Of a DNA stretch of 64,000 nt, positions 37,531 through 50,647 are shown piece by piece. The stretch spans positions 32,860,001 through 32,924,000 of the forward strand of contig CM069132.1 of NCBI GenBank assembly GCA_035221665.1, read 5' to 3'. The stretch is from Okamejei kenojei. Lineage: Eukaryota. The notes under the pieces are model-generated. The model saw only the letters and a program-made list of their open reading frames with translations, searched no databases and was not told the DNA's origin. The position numbers and the translations under genes were made by a program. Position 1 is the first letter of the stretch, and each line of letters opens with the position of its first letter.

Positions 37531-39765
37531 TTAATTGTATCTTCTCTGCAAAAAGTGTGTTTGAATTGCCCTGTTTTACAGATCTGTACTCCTAAGTCTT
37601 CGGGGTACTCTGCCAACTGGTAAAGAGCAAGGCACAAATCTTTTATGATTCACCTAGAAGCATTGCTGTAATTTTTTCTCCATTCAGAATAGTTATTAAA
37701 ATCTAATTATGACATCTGAATTATCTTTCCTTACATAGTTTCTTGAAGTTACATAGACTGATTATCACATGTAGTCATATATTACTGTAATTAACATTGT
37801 TATCATGTAAATGTTGCCGAACATTCTCTGATTTTATCCTTCCCAAGTTAGTTTACGTTGTTCCACTGATAGTCTATATATCTGACCCCATGAATTAGTT
37901 ACACGTAAATAAAGAAAACACAAAATTGCATTGAAATTATTGTGTTTGCACCAAACGTGAGTGAGGAGTATGTAATACATTTGAAATAATGTATTCACAG
38001 CTAAATAATTACCATTGGAGCCATGGAAGTGTTCTTCATTATATTGCAATGCATTGCAAATGATATTCACAAATTAGCTCATTGCTGAATTCTATTAGTT
38101 GTTAATTATATCTTTTTATAACAGGTCACTGGGGTATCAAATAGTTTGCCATCTGATCATGATAAAATCATTAGGGTCTGACTAAGATTGAAAATTGCGC
38201 ATTCATTCTTAATGAGGCTTTCAAAGACTAGTTTATTTCATACGCACTTTTAGACGGTAGTTTCCGAGACATTCACCGGTGTCTGCATATGCTTATCTCC
38301 TCCTCGTGAAGGAAATGGAATCCCCATACAAGGCATAACCATCGCAAGCAAACATTATTTTCTTGTTACATAATGAAGCAATTATTATTCTCTTGGTACC
38401 CATGCACTGCTTTAGTTTTAAAAATATACATAAATCACACCATTGCCACTGCTGGTATTTTCATATGTTGCTCATGCATAACTCCCCAGTGCAATGAATC
38501 AATCCCATGTCTACCGTTATTAAACATACCACAGCACAATTTGTTTGTCATCAGCTATGATATATGCACATTTAGTTGAATTGAAAAGTTCAACCTCAAA
38601 TTGAACAGTATTGATTGAATGATTCTAATTTATATGTCACTTAGATTTATCTGTGGGCACTGATGTTGAAAGAGAAGACTACAGGTCACATTTTACTTTC
38701 AGATATGCATATATTCAGCTTTCACGAGGTCCACATTTTAGTGTAGAAAATTGACCAGGTGTGACTTTCTGTAAAATGCATCCCTCCCCGTACCTGATCA
38801 TCCGACTCCCAATCATAACAATATAGAAGGAACTGTCACCCAGGCAGCATTTACTCACCAATTCCTCGTACAAGTTCAGTGGAAGACCTCTGCTTTCCTC
38901 CTACTCAGGCCTCCTGGCTAAATATGTCAGCTATTGAAACGTACGTATATAAAATAAAATTGAAATGGAAGAAGAAAACCAATTCACTTATGAATTATGG
39001 TTTATTTATGGCATCAAACATGCTAGAAAAGTACAGAGTGATTGATAGCATCATTATTTACTCAACAACGTTGTCTGGTTTGGTTAGAATGTATTACTTT
39101 GCCCTTTTCCATCAAGTTTACGGCATAACTTTAAAGTGGAGATCTATTTCTTGTCTGTTGTGTTTGTTCATCAGCCCCAACTTTGCATCATTAAGCGAGG
39201 TGATTTGGTCATCCATGGCATGCAAACACATTGTATTCTTTATTATCCATACTGACAAAGCATGCAGTTGATTTTACATGATATTACAAATGTCAAATCA
39301 AACCTTTCACAGACATGGTTTGATATCTTGTAGGTTATAACAAGATAAAGTGTGACATATGTAAGCTTTTTGGTTTATTAGCTGGGCAATTGATTTATGT
39401 GCTGCATACGAATTGGTTGTGAACATACACAGCTTCACTGGGTTAGACATTAATACATTCAAGATATAATAAAAGAATGAATGGAGCTGCAACTGATTCA
39501 TCACAATATTTAAATATTGCTTCTAGAAATTCCTGCATCAAAGTTATTTAATTTTTCTGAAGTCACATTAAGTAAAGGCATTCAAATGCAAATGGTGTTG
39601 GACTTTGCAAATTCCAATTAGCTTCATGTGGTTGGATAAGTTTCTTATGGCTTTCTGAATTCAAGTTATAACTTAGCTGAGAAAGTTTTAGTTGTAGACA
39701 ACAAAAGATTAAAGGAAAAAACAAACAAATAAATTGAAAACTACTAAACAAGTAATTGATTACCC

Positions 39766-39897
39766 GTCTGAAGAAAGGTCTCAAGTCGAAATGGCACCTA
39801 TTCTATTTCTGCAGAGATGCTACCTGACCCACTGAGTTACTCCAGCACTTTGTGTCTACCTTTGGTATAAACTAGCATCTGCAGTTCCTTCCCACAC
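39766..39897 (+). repeat. Penelope pLTR-derived short repeat
   Basis: gtctgaagaaaggtctc...gagttactccagcactttgtg...gcatctgcagttccttc. Confidence 0.75.
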
Positions 39898-40284
39898 AAG
39901 TTATTTTTAATATCCTTCCTATAGAGGTGATCCACAGCATTAGCGACACTCTCAGTACAATCTCTACTCTCATAGTGGCTCTTGGGTCTGCAGCACAAAC
40001 TACATTTCAGTCGGATGATACCTGCTAGTGTGTGCCAAATAGAAAGCTGCTTTATACATCAGATGGAATGTGTCAATGTCAACCATTATAGATTTTATCG
40101 TCCAATTTGGAATTCATATCTTGGGTGGAAACATACGGCTAATATCTAAATTCAGTTCCTTGCATTAACTTACAGGGCAAGGATGTATTTGTATTTCATG
40201 TTATGATTGCTGGCATAAATCATCATTTAGCATCATTAAATTCCTTTTTCAAAGTATTTTCTATTTTTGCTAGATTGTTCACAG

Positions 40285-40625
40285 GGAGGTACAGTATGGA
40301 AACAAGCCCCTTCAGCTCACCAATCTGTGCCAATATCAAGCACTTTTTATGCACTTATCCTATCCTAAACCATTTTATTCCCTGCACATTTCCATTAACA
40401 TGTGAGTCAAATTGTATGAGCCATCTGCACACCAGGGGAATTTTATAGTGGCCAAATAACCTAACAATACACACATTCTTAGGGTGTGGAAGGAAGCTGG
40501 AGCACTTGGAAGAAATCCAGGTGGGAGAGAATGCAATATCCACACTGACGACAGTGGAGCTCAGGATTGAACCCAGGTCACTAGAAGAGTGAATTGGTGG
40601 ATCTACTAGCTGCACCACTGTACCA
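40285..40625 (-). mobile_element. Diverged HE1-like SINE
   Basis: Reverse-complement tail ggaaacaagccccttcagc, B box ggattgaaccc, head gctgcaccactg. Confidence 0.65.
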
Positions 40626-42015
40626 CAGTTTATGAAGATGACGGATAGTTTTTTTATTCTACTTCTGAAAGCCAGTGACCATGCTCAGTCCTCTGAGCTG
40701 ATAAAATGCACAATAAAGGTTTCTCCACTTTATCCTGGGAATCTATTACTTTAAACACTTAAGGAAAGCAATTGGCATTGCAACTGTATGCCATTTTGTA
40801 CATTAGGCTGAGTTTGGAATTCAAATGAGATTGCTAATTTAGTGTGGGACAGGGACAGTTTTATATCACAGACTTATAACTGGGAGTGGGTGAAATTATG
40901 TTTATATAGGCTCCATTTAGCTAGTACAAAATTACTCTCATCCTATCAGCTTCAGTTAAACATTATCCATCTATTGCAGTTGAAGTGAACATTAGTAGGG
41001 GTGTCAGGGATTATGGGGTGAAGGCAGGAGAAAGGGGTTAGGAGGCAGAGACAGATAAGCCATGATTGAATGGCAGAGTAGGCTTGATGGGCTGAATGGC
41101 CTAATTCTGCTCTGATCACTTTTGACCTTATGACCTAATAGTAATTCAAATTGCTCTCAATCCACAAGATAGCTGAGATCCATGTTGCTGATCTGGATGA
41201 GAAAATGTTCTTCAAGATAAGCAGTGCAGTTGCCTCGACTTTAGGCTCTTCTCATCACTAGAACACCATTTAGTAGATCAAAGAAACCAGGAAAACATGA
41301 ACAGTGGTCAGAATGGCAACTTTCAATTAAACAGACAAAAACAGAAATGCTAGAAGAACTCAGCCGGTCAGGAATAAGAAATGTTTCTGGTCTAGAACCT
41401 TCATCAGAGCTGAGAACAAGAAAGCAGGTTGGTGTAAATAGCAAAGAAGGTAGGGGAAGTCAATGTGTGGAACAGAGGGAATGTCTGTAATAGTGTGAAA
41501 TGACGTGGCCATTGAACGGTCAGTTATACTCCTTATTATATTTGGTAATGGTGTGAAGAGAAATGGCCAGAGTGATACCAACACATTCAGTAGCGAACCC
41601 TGAAAGCTCAACGGATGCAGACAGAAAATGAGGCTTTGTTCTTCATGATAACATTGGGTATAATTGTGACAATGCAGGAGGCCACAGGCAGAGGCCAGAC
41701 TGGGGTGTTGAATTAAAATGGCAGGTAACTGAAAATTCAGGGTCACTCCTGCAGACTGAGTTCGGGTGCACTGCAAAGTAATCACCCAATCTTTGTTTGG
41801 TTTCTCCAATTTAGAGGGGATGCATTGTTTAGAGATACGGGGCGGAAATGGGCACTTCAGTCGCCGAGTCCGCGCCGACCAATAATAACCCTGTACAATT
41901 ATAGTTCGATCGAGGGACAATTTACCTAAGCCAATTAACCTACAGATTTGCACGTCGTTGGAACGTGGCAGGAAACTAGAGAACCCAGAGAAAACTCAGG
42001 CAGTCATAGGGAGAA

Positions 42016-42949
42016 AGCAAGGCATGTTTTGAATGAGAGAGCACTGTATATTCTGTACAGCTCACCTGTGTTACCGTATTTACATTACTGTGTGGAAGTA
42101 TGGGGCAACACCTACAAAACCACCTTACAATCACTAAGCACACTACAAAAAAGAGCTATTCGTATAGTAAATAATGTAGGATATCATGACCACACCAATA
42201 TACTGTTTTTAAAATTACACACCTTAAAGATTAAGGATCTGGTAGAATTTAAGACTGCACAAATAATTTATAAAGCAAAAAATAAACTGCTACCTGTAAA
42301 CATACAAAAACTGTTCAAAGACAGAGGGGGGTTATAACTTTAGAGGGAAACTAAACTTGAAACAGCATTATGCTCGGACCCATTTAAAAAGTATGTGTAT
42401 TTCCATTTGTGGGGTGGTTTTGTGGAATGGTCTTGACGAAACGATTAAACAAAGTATGAATATAATGCAATTTAAAAAAATGTACAAAAGATATATCCTT
42501 GAAAAGTACAATAATGAGGAAGGAGAATGTAAATCTCACAGTTGTTAATGGTGCTTGTTCTTTTGTTCTTTTTTTTTGTTTTGTTAATTAATAGCTTGAT
42601 TGGAATAGTTTTATTTGAATTGTCTGTTCAGTTTATTTTATTGAATTTTGCATTTGTTAATGGTGAAGAATGGGGGTAGGACTTGACAAGCATAGGCTTC
42701 TTCCTCTCCCTTTTCGAACGAGTCTAATGTGTATTATGTTGAAATTGGCTTTTGATTTTTTAATTNNNNNNNNNNNNNNNNNNNNNNNNNNNNNNNNNNN
42801 NNNNNNNNNNNNNNNNNNNNNNNNNNNNNNNNNNNNNNNNNNNNNNNNNNNNNNNNNNNNNNNNNNNNNNNNNNNNNNNNNNNNNNNNNNNNNNNNNNNN
42901 NNNNNNNNNNNNNNNNNNNNNNNNNATTCGAAATAAAGATAAAGATAAA
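42016..42949 (+). mobile_element. AT-rich CR1/L2-group (Crack/Daphne-like) LINE 3' end
   Basis: LYILYSSPVLPYLHYCVEVWGNTYKTTLQSLSTLQKRAIRIV...HTNILF...KTAQIIYKAKNKLLP, then RTHLKSMCISICGVVLWNGL; tail aataaagataaagataaaa. Confidence 0.75.
42766..42925. other. Assembly gap (N run)
   Basis: 160 N. Confidence 1.
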
Positions 42950-43099
42950 ATGTACAAACTCCATACATACAGCACCCACTGTCAAGATTGAACATGGGTC
43001 TCTGCCACTGTGAAGCAGCAACTCTACTGCTGTGCCACTGTGCTGTCCTGGGAACTGTGAATCACTGCATACTTTTTCCGCCCCCCCCCCCCCCCCTCT

Positions 43100-43252
43100 C
43101 CCCCCCCCACCCTCACATCAGTCTGAAGAAGGGTCTCGACCCGAAACAATGCCCATTTCCTTCGATCCATAGATGCTGCCTCACCCGCTGAGTTTCTCCA
43201 GCATTTTTGTCTACCTTCGATTTTCCAGCCTCCGCAGTTCCTTCTTAAACAC
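43100..43252 (+). repeat. Penelope pLTR-derived short repeat
   Basis: cagtctgaagaagggtctcgacccgaaac...gcagttccttcttaaacac. Confidence 0.8.
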
Positions 43253-43589
43253 TGCATGTTGGGTTTTATTTTATCATTGTGGTCAACTGGGCTGTGTGAT
43301 GGTCAGCATGAGGAGATATGATAACAGGGGGCCATGGGGAATTATGTGAAAAGGGATTGTGATTATTAAAATCGGTCTCATTAGTTGGCTTTTGATGATC
43401 TGCTTCAGAAGGGGCATTTGATATTACCTTCCTTGCTTCCTTCCTTCCTCCTCTACCCAAGCGCACAGCTGCTCGCAAAAGTAATGCTACATGATTTGTG
43501 CAGCAAGCATCGACAATGGAAGCATGAGGAGCCACCAGAGAGCTCTACGTGTGATTTGAGTATACTAAATCGTCAGGGTTTTCTGAGGA

Positions 43590-43758
43590 AATCCCACACT
43601 CCAAAGATGTACAGGTTTGTAGATTAAATGGCTTGGTAAAATTGTAAATTGTCCCTAGTGTGTGTAGGATGACAATGTGTGAGGATCGCTGGTCGGCGCA
43701 GACTCGGTGGGCCGAAGGGCCTGTTTCCACGCTGTATCTCTAAACTAAACTAAACTAA
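43590..43758 (+). mobile_element. HE1-like SINE 3' half
   Basis: cccacactccaaagatgtacagg...gggccgaagggcctgtttccacgctgtatctc(taaac)3. Confidence 0.85.
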
Positions 43759-43764
43759 TAGGTC

Positions 43765-44175
43765 GTGTAGGAAGGAACTGCAGATGCTGGTTTAAACCGA
43801 AGATAGATACAAAATGCTGGAGTAACTCAGCGGGACAGGTAGCATCTGTGGAGAGAAGGAATGGGTGACGTTTCGGGTCGAGACCCTTCTTCAGACTGAT
43901 GTCAGGAGAATGGGTGGTACAAAGATAAAATGTAGTCAGAGACAGTAAGACTGGTAGGATAACTGGGAAGATGGAGAGAGAGAGAGAAAGCAAGGGCTAC
44001 TTGAAGTTTGAGAAGTCAATGTTCATACCGCTGGGGTGTAACATCATTTACGCCTTGCGCTGACTCGGCGTCAGGGGCAGGGGAAGATACCAAGATAAGG
44101 AAGTGTAAAGTGTGAGAACAAGACGTCATAGGGGGTGGAGATCAAGGAAAATATAGAATAGATCATTGTTAGCTA
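43765..44175 (-). mobile_element. Penelope 3' end / pLTR
   Basis: pLTR and upstream UTR homologous to ~8230-8600. Confidence 0.8.
43866..43897 (-). ncRNA. Minimal hammerhead-ribozyme-like motif, canonical core
   Basis: Minus strand CUGAAGA-A-GGGU(CUCG)ACCC-GAAAC-GUC, with palindromic ACGU in place of helix III. Confidence 0.65.
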
Positions 44176-44439
44176 GGAGTTAACTAATGGTCCATAATTG
44201 CGGCTACAGGTAATGGCATTCTATGGACATCTTCTGCACTTTCGTGTATACTATGTACTAGAAATATGAGCCATCTGGTGAGGGGATTACCATTGCCATT
44301 TAGTACCCATCCTTTATCCTAGCAAGTTGAGTCAATATGGGAGGGCTTGGAAGACTGGAGAAAGGTGAACTTTCACATGTGCTACTAGGCTACCGTCAAT
44401 CAGCCACTGTGACATATGAGATGGGTCAAATGAGATGGA

Positions 44440-46094
44440 GGAACTGAGTGAAATCCAGGTTAGCCGGGAAGTGGTGTTAGCTAAATTGAAATGAGTAGAG
44501 GCCGATAAATCCCCAGGGCCAGATAGGCTGCATCCCAGAATACATAAGGAAGTAGCCCTAGAAATAGTGAATGCATTAGTGATAATTTTTCAAAACTCTT
44601 AAGATTCTGGAGTAGTTCCTGAGGGTTGGAGGGTAGCTAATGTAACCCCACTTTTTAAAAAGGGAGGGAGAGAGAAAACGAGGAATTACAGACCAGTTAG
44701 TCTAACATCAGCAGTGGGGAAAATGCTAGAGTCAGTTATTAAAGATGGGAAAGCAGCACATTTGGAAAGTGGTGAAATCATTGGGCAAAGTCAGCATGGA
44801 TTTATGAAAGTTAAATCATGTCTGACGAATCTTATATTATTTTTCGAGGATGTAACTAGTAGAGTGGATAAGGGAGAACCAGTGGATGTGTTATATCTGG
44901 ACTTTCAGAAGGCTTTCGACAAGGTCCCGCATAAGAGATTAGTATACAAACTTAAAGCACATGGTATTGGGGGTTCAGTATTGATGTGGATAAAGAACTG
45001 GCTGGCAAACAGGAAGCAAAGAGTAGGAGTAAACGGGTCCTTTTCAGAATGGCAGGCAGTGACTAGTGGGGTACCGCAAGGCTCAATGCTGGGACCCCAG
45101 CTATTTACAATATATATTAATGATCTGGATGAGGGAATTGAATGCAACATCTCCAAGTTTGCGGATGACTCGAAGCTGAGGGGCAGTGTTAGCTGTGAGG
45201 AGGATGCTAGGAGGCTGCAAGGTGACTTGGATAGGTTGGGTGAGTGGGCAAATGCATGGCAGATGCAATATAATGTGGATAAATGTGAGGTTGTCCACTT
45301 TGGTGGCAAAAACAAGAAAGTAGACTATTATCTGAATGGTGGCCGATTAGGAAAAGGGGAGGTGCAACGAGACCTGGGTGTCATGGTACACCAGTCATTG
45401 AAAGTAGGCATGCAGGTGCAGCAGGCAGTGAAGAAAAAAAATGTTATTTTAGCATTCATAGCAAAAGAATTTGTGTATAAGAGCAGGGAGGTTCTACTGC
45501 AGTTGTACAGGGTCTTGTGAGGCCACACCTGGAGTATTACGTACAGTTTTGGTCTCCTAATCTGAGGAAAGACATTCTTGCCATAGAGGGAGTTCAGAGA
45601 AGGTTCACCAGACTGATTCCTGGGATGGCAGGACTTTCAAATGAAGAAAGACTGGATAGACTTGGCTTGTACTCGCTAGAATTTAGAAGATTGAGGGGGA
45701 TCTTATAGAGATTTACAAAATTCTTAAGGGGTTGGACAGGCTAACTGCAGGAAGATTGTTTCCGATGTTGGGGAAGTCCAGAACAAGGGATCACAGTTGA
45801 AGGATAAGGGGGAAGTCTTTTAGGACCGAGATGAGAAAATCATTTTTCACACAGAGAGTGGTGAGTCTCTGGAATTCTCTGCCACAGAAGGTAGTTGAGG
45901 CCAGTTCATTGGCTATATTTAAGAGGGAGTTAGATGTGGCCCTTGTGGCTAAAGGGATCAGGGGGTATGGAGAGAAGGCAGGTACAGGATACTGAGTTGG
46001 ATGATCAGCCATGATCATATTGAATGGCGGTGCAGGCTCGAAGGGCCGAATGGCCTACTCCTGCACCTATTTTCTATGTTTCTATGTTTCTATG
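44440..46094 (+). mobile_element. CR1 LINE ORF2 RT region to tail
   Basis: ORF 44714-45520 (268 aa) has SQHGF, YLDFQKAFDKVPH, GVPQGSMLGP and FADDSK; (ctatgttt)n tail. Confidence 0.95.
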
Positions 46095-46129
46095 GTCACA
46101 GAGCATTTGCAAGTCTTCATTTTTTTTGT

Positions 46130-46440
46130 TGTAGAAATACAACATGGAAGCAGGCCCTTCGGCCCACCGAGTCCACACTGACCATAGATCACCCATTGAC
46201 ACTAGTTATAGGTTTCTCACTTTCTCTCCCACTCCCTGCACATTAAGGGGCAGTTTTACAGCGGCCTATTAACCTCCAAATCTTCACGTCTTTGGGATAT
46301 GAGAGGAAACAAGATCATTTGGAGGAAACCTAATGGGAGAACGTGCAAACTCTACACACACACACACAGCACTCGAGATCTGGATCGAACCTGGGTCTCT
46401 GGCTCTGTGAGGCAGCAGCTCTACCAGCTGCACCACTCTG
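46130..46440 (-). mobile_element. HE1-like SINE
   Basis: caggcccttcggcccaccgagtcc tail; ggatcgaacc B box. Confidence 0.75.
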
Positions 46441-47283
46441 CCATCAGGTGAGGGGAAGCCTTTGTGGTTAAAGAACACCTTGGTATTTAAATCCGGTTTA
46501 AATTGCAATGGAAAAAGGGTAATATTTCACCAGATACAGGACCTTGGTAGCATTGCCTTAAGTTTTCTCATTGATTAATAGTCATGAAGCTGTATATTGC
46601 AGAAACAGGTCCTCAGCGCAACTAGTCCATGCTGACCAAAATGCCTATCCAGGTACATTTCATTGGTATGCATTAGGCCCATATCCCTTTACTCCTCTCC
46701 TATCCACGTGCTTTTTAAATATTGTAATTGGAAATGGAATAGCAGAACTGTGGCTGCCCCTGCTGATGGTGTCAATTAAAATCTTGGACATTGCTGTACA
46801 CTTTTTCTAAAAATAATGGTGAGAAAATCGCAGCGTCCCTGAATTTTAGACATCCTGCCTCCTGTGTTTTAAGTATATGTCCTAAATATCTCAGCAGCTA
46901 CCTGTTTGATAACGTTCCAAAAACAGCAGAAAAAACGTTCGCAACACTAGCTTGTAACTTCTAGTGCTTGTCAAAATCTGTTAGTTCCTGATGAGACAGT
47001 TTAGCTAATGAAGGATGAGTTCTGCGTAATCGCCTAAATTAAATCAATTGTAGCTTTCAGCTTTTCCACACCATGATTAGGTTTCTGGCCTCCTGACAAA
47101 CCTCAAAGAAAATACTTCCTTCCACGAGTTACAAGCAGGCAGTGTGTTGGTCTGGCTACCCAGAACCTCCAAACCATAAAGGTGTCCCTCCCTTGTTCTC
47201 ATTTCTCCCACAGTCTTGAGAGATTTAAGAAATAAATGTAGCAGTTAATCACCACTTCACAAATCAACTGCATTTAGTGCCTA

Positions 47284-47520
47284 AGATAGACACAAAATGC
47301 GGAGTATCTCAGCAGGTCAGGCAGCATCTCTGGAGAAAAAGATTAAGTGACGTTTTGGGTTGAGACCCTTCTTCAGACTTAAAATTGGTGGGGGGTCTAA
47401 AAAAGGCCCAAAACACCATCTATTCCATTCCTACAGATATGCTGCCTGACGTGCTGAGTTACTCCGGCATTTAGTGTCTATCTTCTGTGGAAACCAGCAT
47501 CTGCAGTTCCTTCCTATACA
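47284..47520. repeat. Palindromic Penelope pLTR-derived pair
   Basis: Minus copy with tgacgttttgggttgagacccttcttcagact, then a plus copy ending gcatctgcagttccttcctatac. Confidence 0.75.
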
Positions 47521-48039
47521 TTTAGCGCCTGCACTTTGGATAATGCATAGTGACCATCGTGGTGTTCTGAGAAAGACTGAGAGACTGGAAGACTTTGAAT
47601 TGGGAGCACACCTTGGTATTTTACCTATAAGACTGCATCCGGGTTCAATGATCTTAGCTGTCCTGGGGTAACAATAAGGGAAATAGGTCCTCTGTGGCAG
47701 AATGGCCACTGACATTGTCTGGAATCATGGACAAGGACTGATCGTTTTGTTTTCCCCTAGAGATGACAGAAAGAGAATGAAACCTTGATTTGAAGATGAA
47801 AGGCTTTGTCTGATCTTGCCAATTGTCACATGGATTTACACTGATTTCGCCCTTTTAGCAGCCCCAGTGGCTTTGTCTTTAACCATCAGTTTCTCTGATG
47901 TAAGTGGCGACATGGAACATTTGTCAATAATGGAAGGTGTTAGCTGGAGGGTTATCCAATTAATGCAAAATAACAAGCAGTTCAATGCAAATAATGCCCT
48001 AAAACATATAGAATAACCTTGTTGCTTTATTGATGTTTG

Positions 48040-48425
48040 TCATAGAGTCATAGCGTGATACAGTGTGGAAAAGGGCCCTTCCGCCCAACTTGCCCACAAT
48101 GGCCAACATGTCCCAGCTACACTAGTCCCACCTGCCTGCGTTTGGTCCATATCCTTCTTGTTCTATCCATGTACCTGTCTAACTGTTTTGTAAATGTTGG
48201 GATAGTCCCAGCCTCAACTACCTCCTCTGGCAGCTTGTTCCATGCACCCACCACCCTTTGTGTGAAAACGTTACCACTTAGATTCCTATTAAATCTTTTC
48301 CCCTTCTCCTTGAACGTTTGTCCTCTGGTCCTGGATTCCCGTTGTCTGGGCAAGGGACACTGTGCATCTATCCGATTTATTCCTCTCATGATTTTATACA
48401 CCCCTGTAAGATCAACCCTCATCCT
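48040..48425 (-). mobile_element. CR1/HER1-like LINE 3' end
   Basis: VDLTGVYKIMRGI...TQRVVGAWNKLPEEVVEAG; ctatgactctatg tail. Confidence 0.85.
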
Positions 48426-48949
48426 TGAATCCTTAATTTGCATCCTTGAAAAACCTCCAGTACATTGCTTCTTAGGAATATCTTGGCATGTTATTTGTTA
48501 CTGTTAATACATAAGAAAGCAACGGACTCCATAAAGCCGGTTTGTTGAGTTCTGTTTTCCATTTGAAAGAACAAAATAGTTAAATGTGATCTTATCTTTA
48601 GGAACACGCTGGTGAAAAGTGCCTAATGTTAGTACATCCCAATCACACAGCATTAATGTACTGACTGTTGATCGTTATAGTAGCACAATTTAAAAAAGAG
48701 GTTTTCTCTTCATAGCTCTCTGCTCACTGAGATCAGTGGGCTGCCTGCTCATTTTGCTAAAAGTATTTACTCTTGGGACATGATTTTATTTAATATGCAA
48801 AGATTTTACTTGGTGCACTCAGAAGGATGCTAGGTTGTTCAGCAGTTGCCAAGTATCTTGATGCAATTTATTTGATTAGGTGTTTGGGATAGTGATTCAG
48901 CTATCCTTTGGACCTGAAGTACCTCCTCTCTAGTTCTATCTGTGCTAAT

Positions 48950-50090
48950 TGAGTCATACAGGATGGAACCAGTTCCTTTCAGTCACTGAGTCTACACCAG
49001 CCATCACCATCTTATTAAACTAATCCTACATTAATGCCATTTTATTCTCCCCGCTTTCCCAACAATTCCCCCCTGATTCTAGCACTCGCTTATCTACTCG
49101 GTGATTAATTTACAGTGATCAATTAATCCAGCAATCTGCATGTCTTTGGGATGTGGGAGGATATGAGAGCACCCAGTGGAAACCCGACATGCTCATAAGG
49201 AGAACATGCAAACTTCCCACAGACAGCGCCAGAGGTCAGGCTTAAATCTGTGTCACTGAGGCTGCAAGGCAGCAGCCCCATTGCCTGCATTGCTGCACAG
49301 CCCAATCCTTGTGACACATGAATAGCACACTGCAGTAATCAGGCAGGGATCCCAGAAGAGATTCTTAGAAACAAACAGCACGGCAACAGTCCCTTTGGGC
49401 CCATTTCAACCATGCCGACCGACTGTGATGCCTATTTGCCTACGCCAGGCCCAATCCCACTATGTCTTTCCTCTCTAGGTACCTGTTAAATATATTTTAA
49501 ATATTGTATTTGTATCTGCCTCCACCACCTTCTCTGGCAGTTTGTTCCAGGTAACTACCACCCTCTGTACAGAAAAACGTACCCTTCATATCTCCTTGGA
49601 ATGTCTTCCCTCTCACCCGAACACTCTTGCTCTAGGCTCCCCTGCCCTGAGAAAAATATTATGATTATCTAGGCAAGCTATGGCCCTCAAAATTTTTAAA
49701 AGGTTAATCCTTGGCCTTCTATCTATCAATGAGAATAAATGCAGCCTGTCCGATCTGTCCGACCACAGCCTCCCATTCCAAAGAATATCCCGGAAATCTC
49801 TCCGTATTGCTATCACATCCTTCCTGCAGTATGGCGGCCAGTATATACTCTTAAGTGCAGTCCACCAATGTTTTGCACAGCAATAACATGATGTTTCATC
49901 AATGTGCCTATGAAAGCAAATGCCTTTTTCACTACCCTATTCGCCTGTGTCGTTACTTGCAAAACTATGGACTTGCATCTCAAGGTCTATCTATGCTCCT
50001 AAAGCCACTTATTTTATATATCCCGCCAGAATCTGACCTCCCAAAGTGCATTACCTCACACATTTGCTTTGAATTCCATCTGCTACCACT
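48950..50090 (-). mobile_element. Diverged SINE (48950-49300) and old CR1 fragment (49365-50090)
   Basis: SINE core and CR1 C-terminal motifs in reverse complement. Confidence 0.6.
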
Positions 50091-50647
50091 CTGAGATTTA
50101 CTCAGATGGTTTGCTGGTCCACCGGGTGAATCAGCAAATGCTGCCTCACCAACAGTCTGCCTCGACCTTTTATCTCTTTGTTGTTTTTTTAGTATATTTT
50201 AAATGTATGTTTTAGTGTTCTTTAGCTTTGTTTTGTGGGTGGGGGTTGGGGAAACTTTTTTTAATCTCTTACCTTGACAGGGATGCGATTTTTTTTTCCC
50301 ATATCGTATCTCCATCCGCACTGCGGCCTAACATCGAGCAGCTGGCGACCTCTTGCTGGGGTCGACTTTGGGAGCTCCAACCACTGGAGCCTGCAGCAGA
50401 AGGTTCGGCTGCCCCAACTGCAGGAGAATAAACAGGGAAAAAATATTAGACTTTATTGCCTTCCATCACAGTGAGGAATGTAGGGAGTCCGCTGTGGTGG
50501 ATGTTTACGTTAACTTTTATGTAGTTGTGTGTCTTATTGCTTTATTTAGTATGACTGTATGGTAAATAGAGTTTCACTGTACCTTAATTCGTACAAGTGA
50601 CAATAAAATCCCTTTAAACCTTTGGTCTCTGGTAGATTTGGCCCATT

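Larger units (their letters stand above)
41829..43045 (-). mobile_element. HE1-like SINE split by a LINE insertion (pieces 41829-42015 and 42950-43045)
   Basis: SINE sequence stops at ..cagtcatagggagaa and resumes at tgtacaaactcc.. after the insert. Confidence 0.75.

Noticed and set aside
38859-38930. Possible minus-strand exon ending at GTGAGT
   Set aside because: All frames closed for both candidate acceptors.
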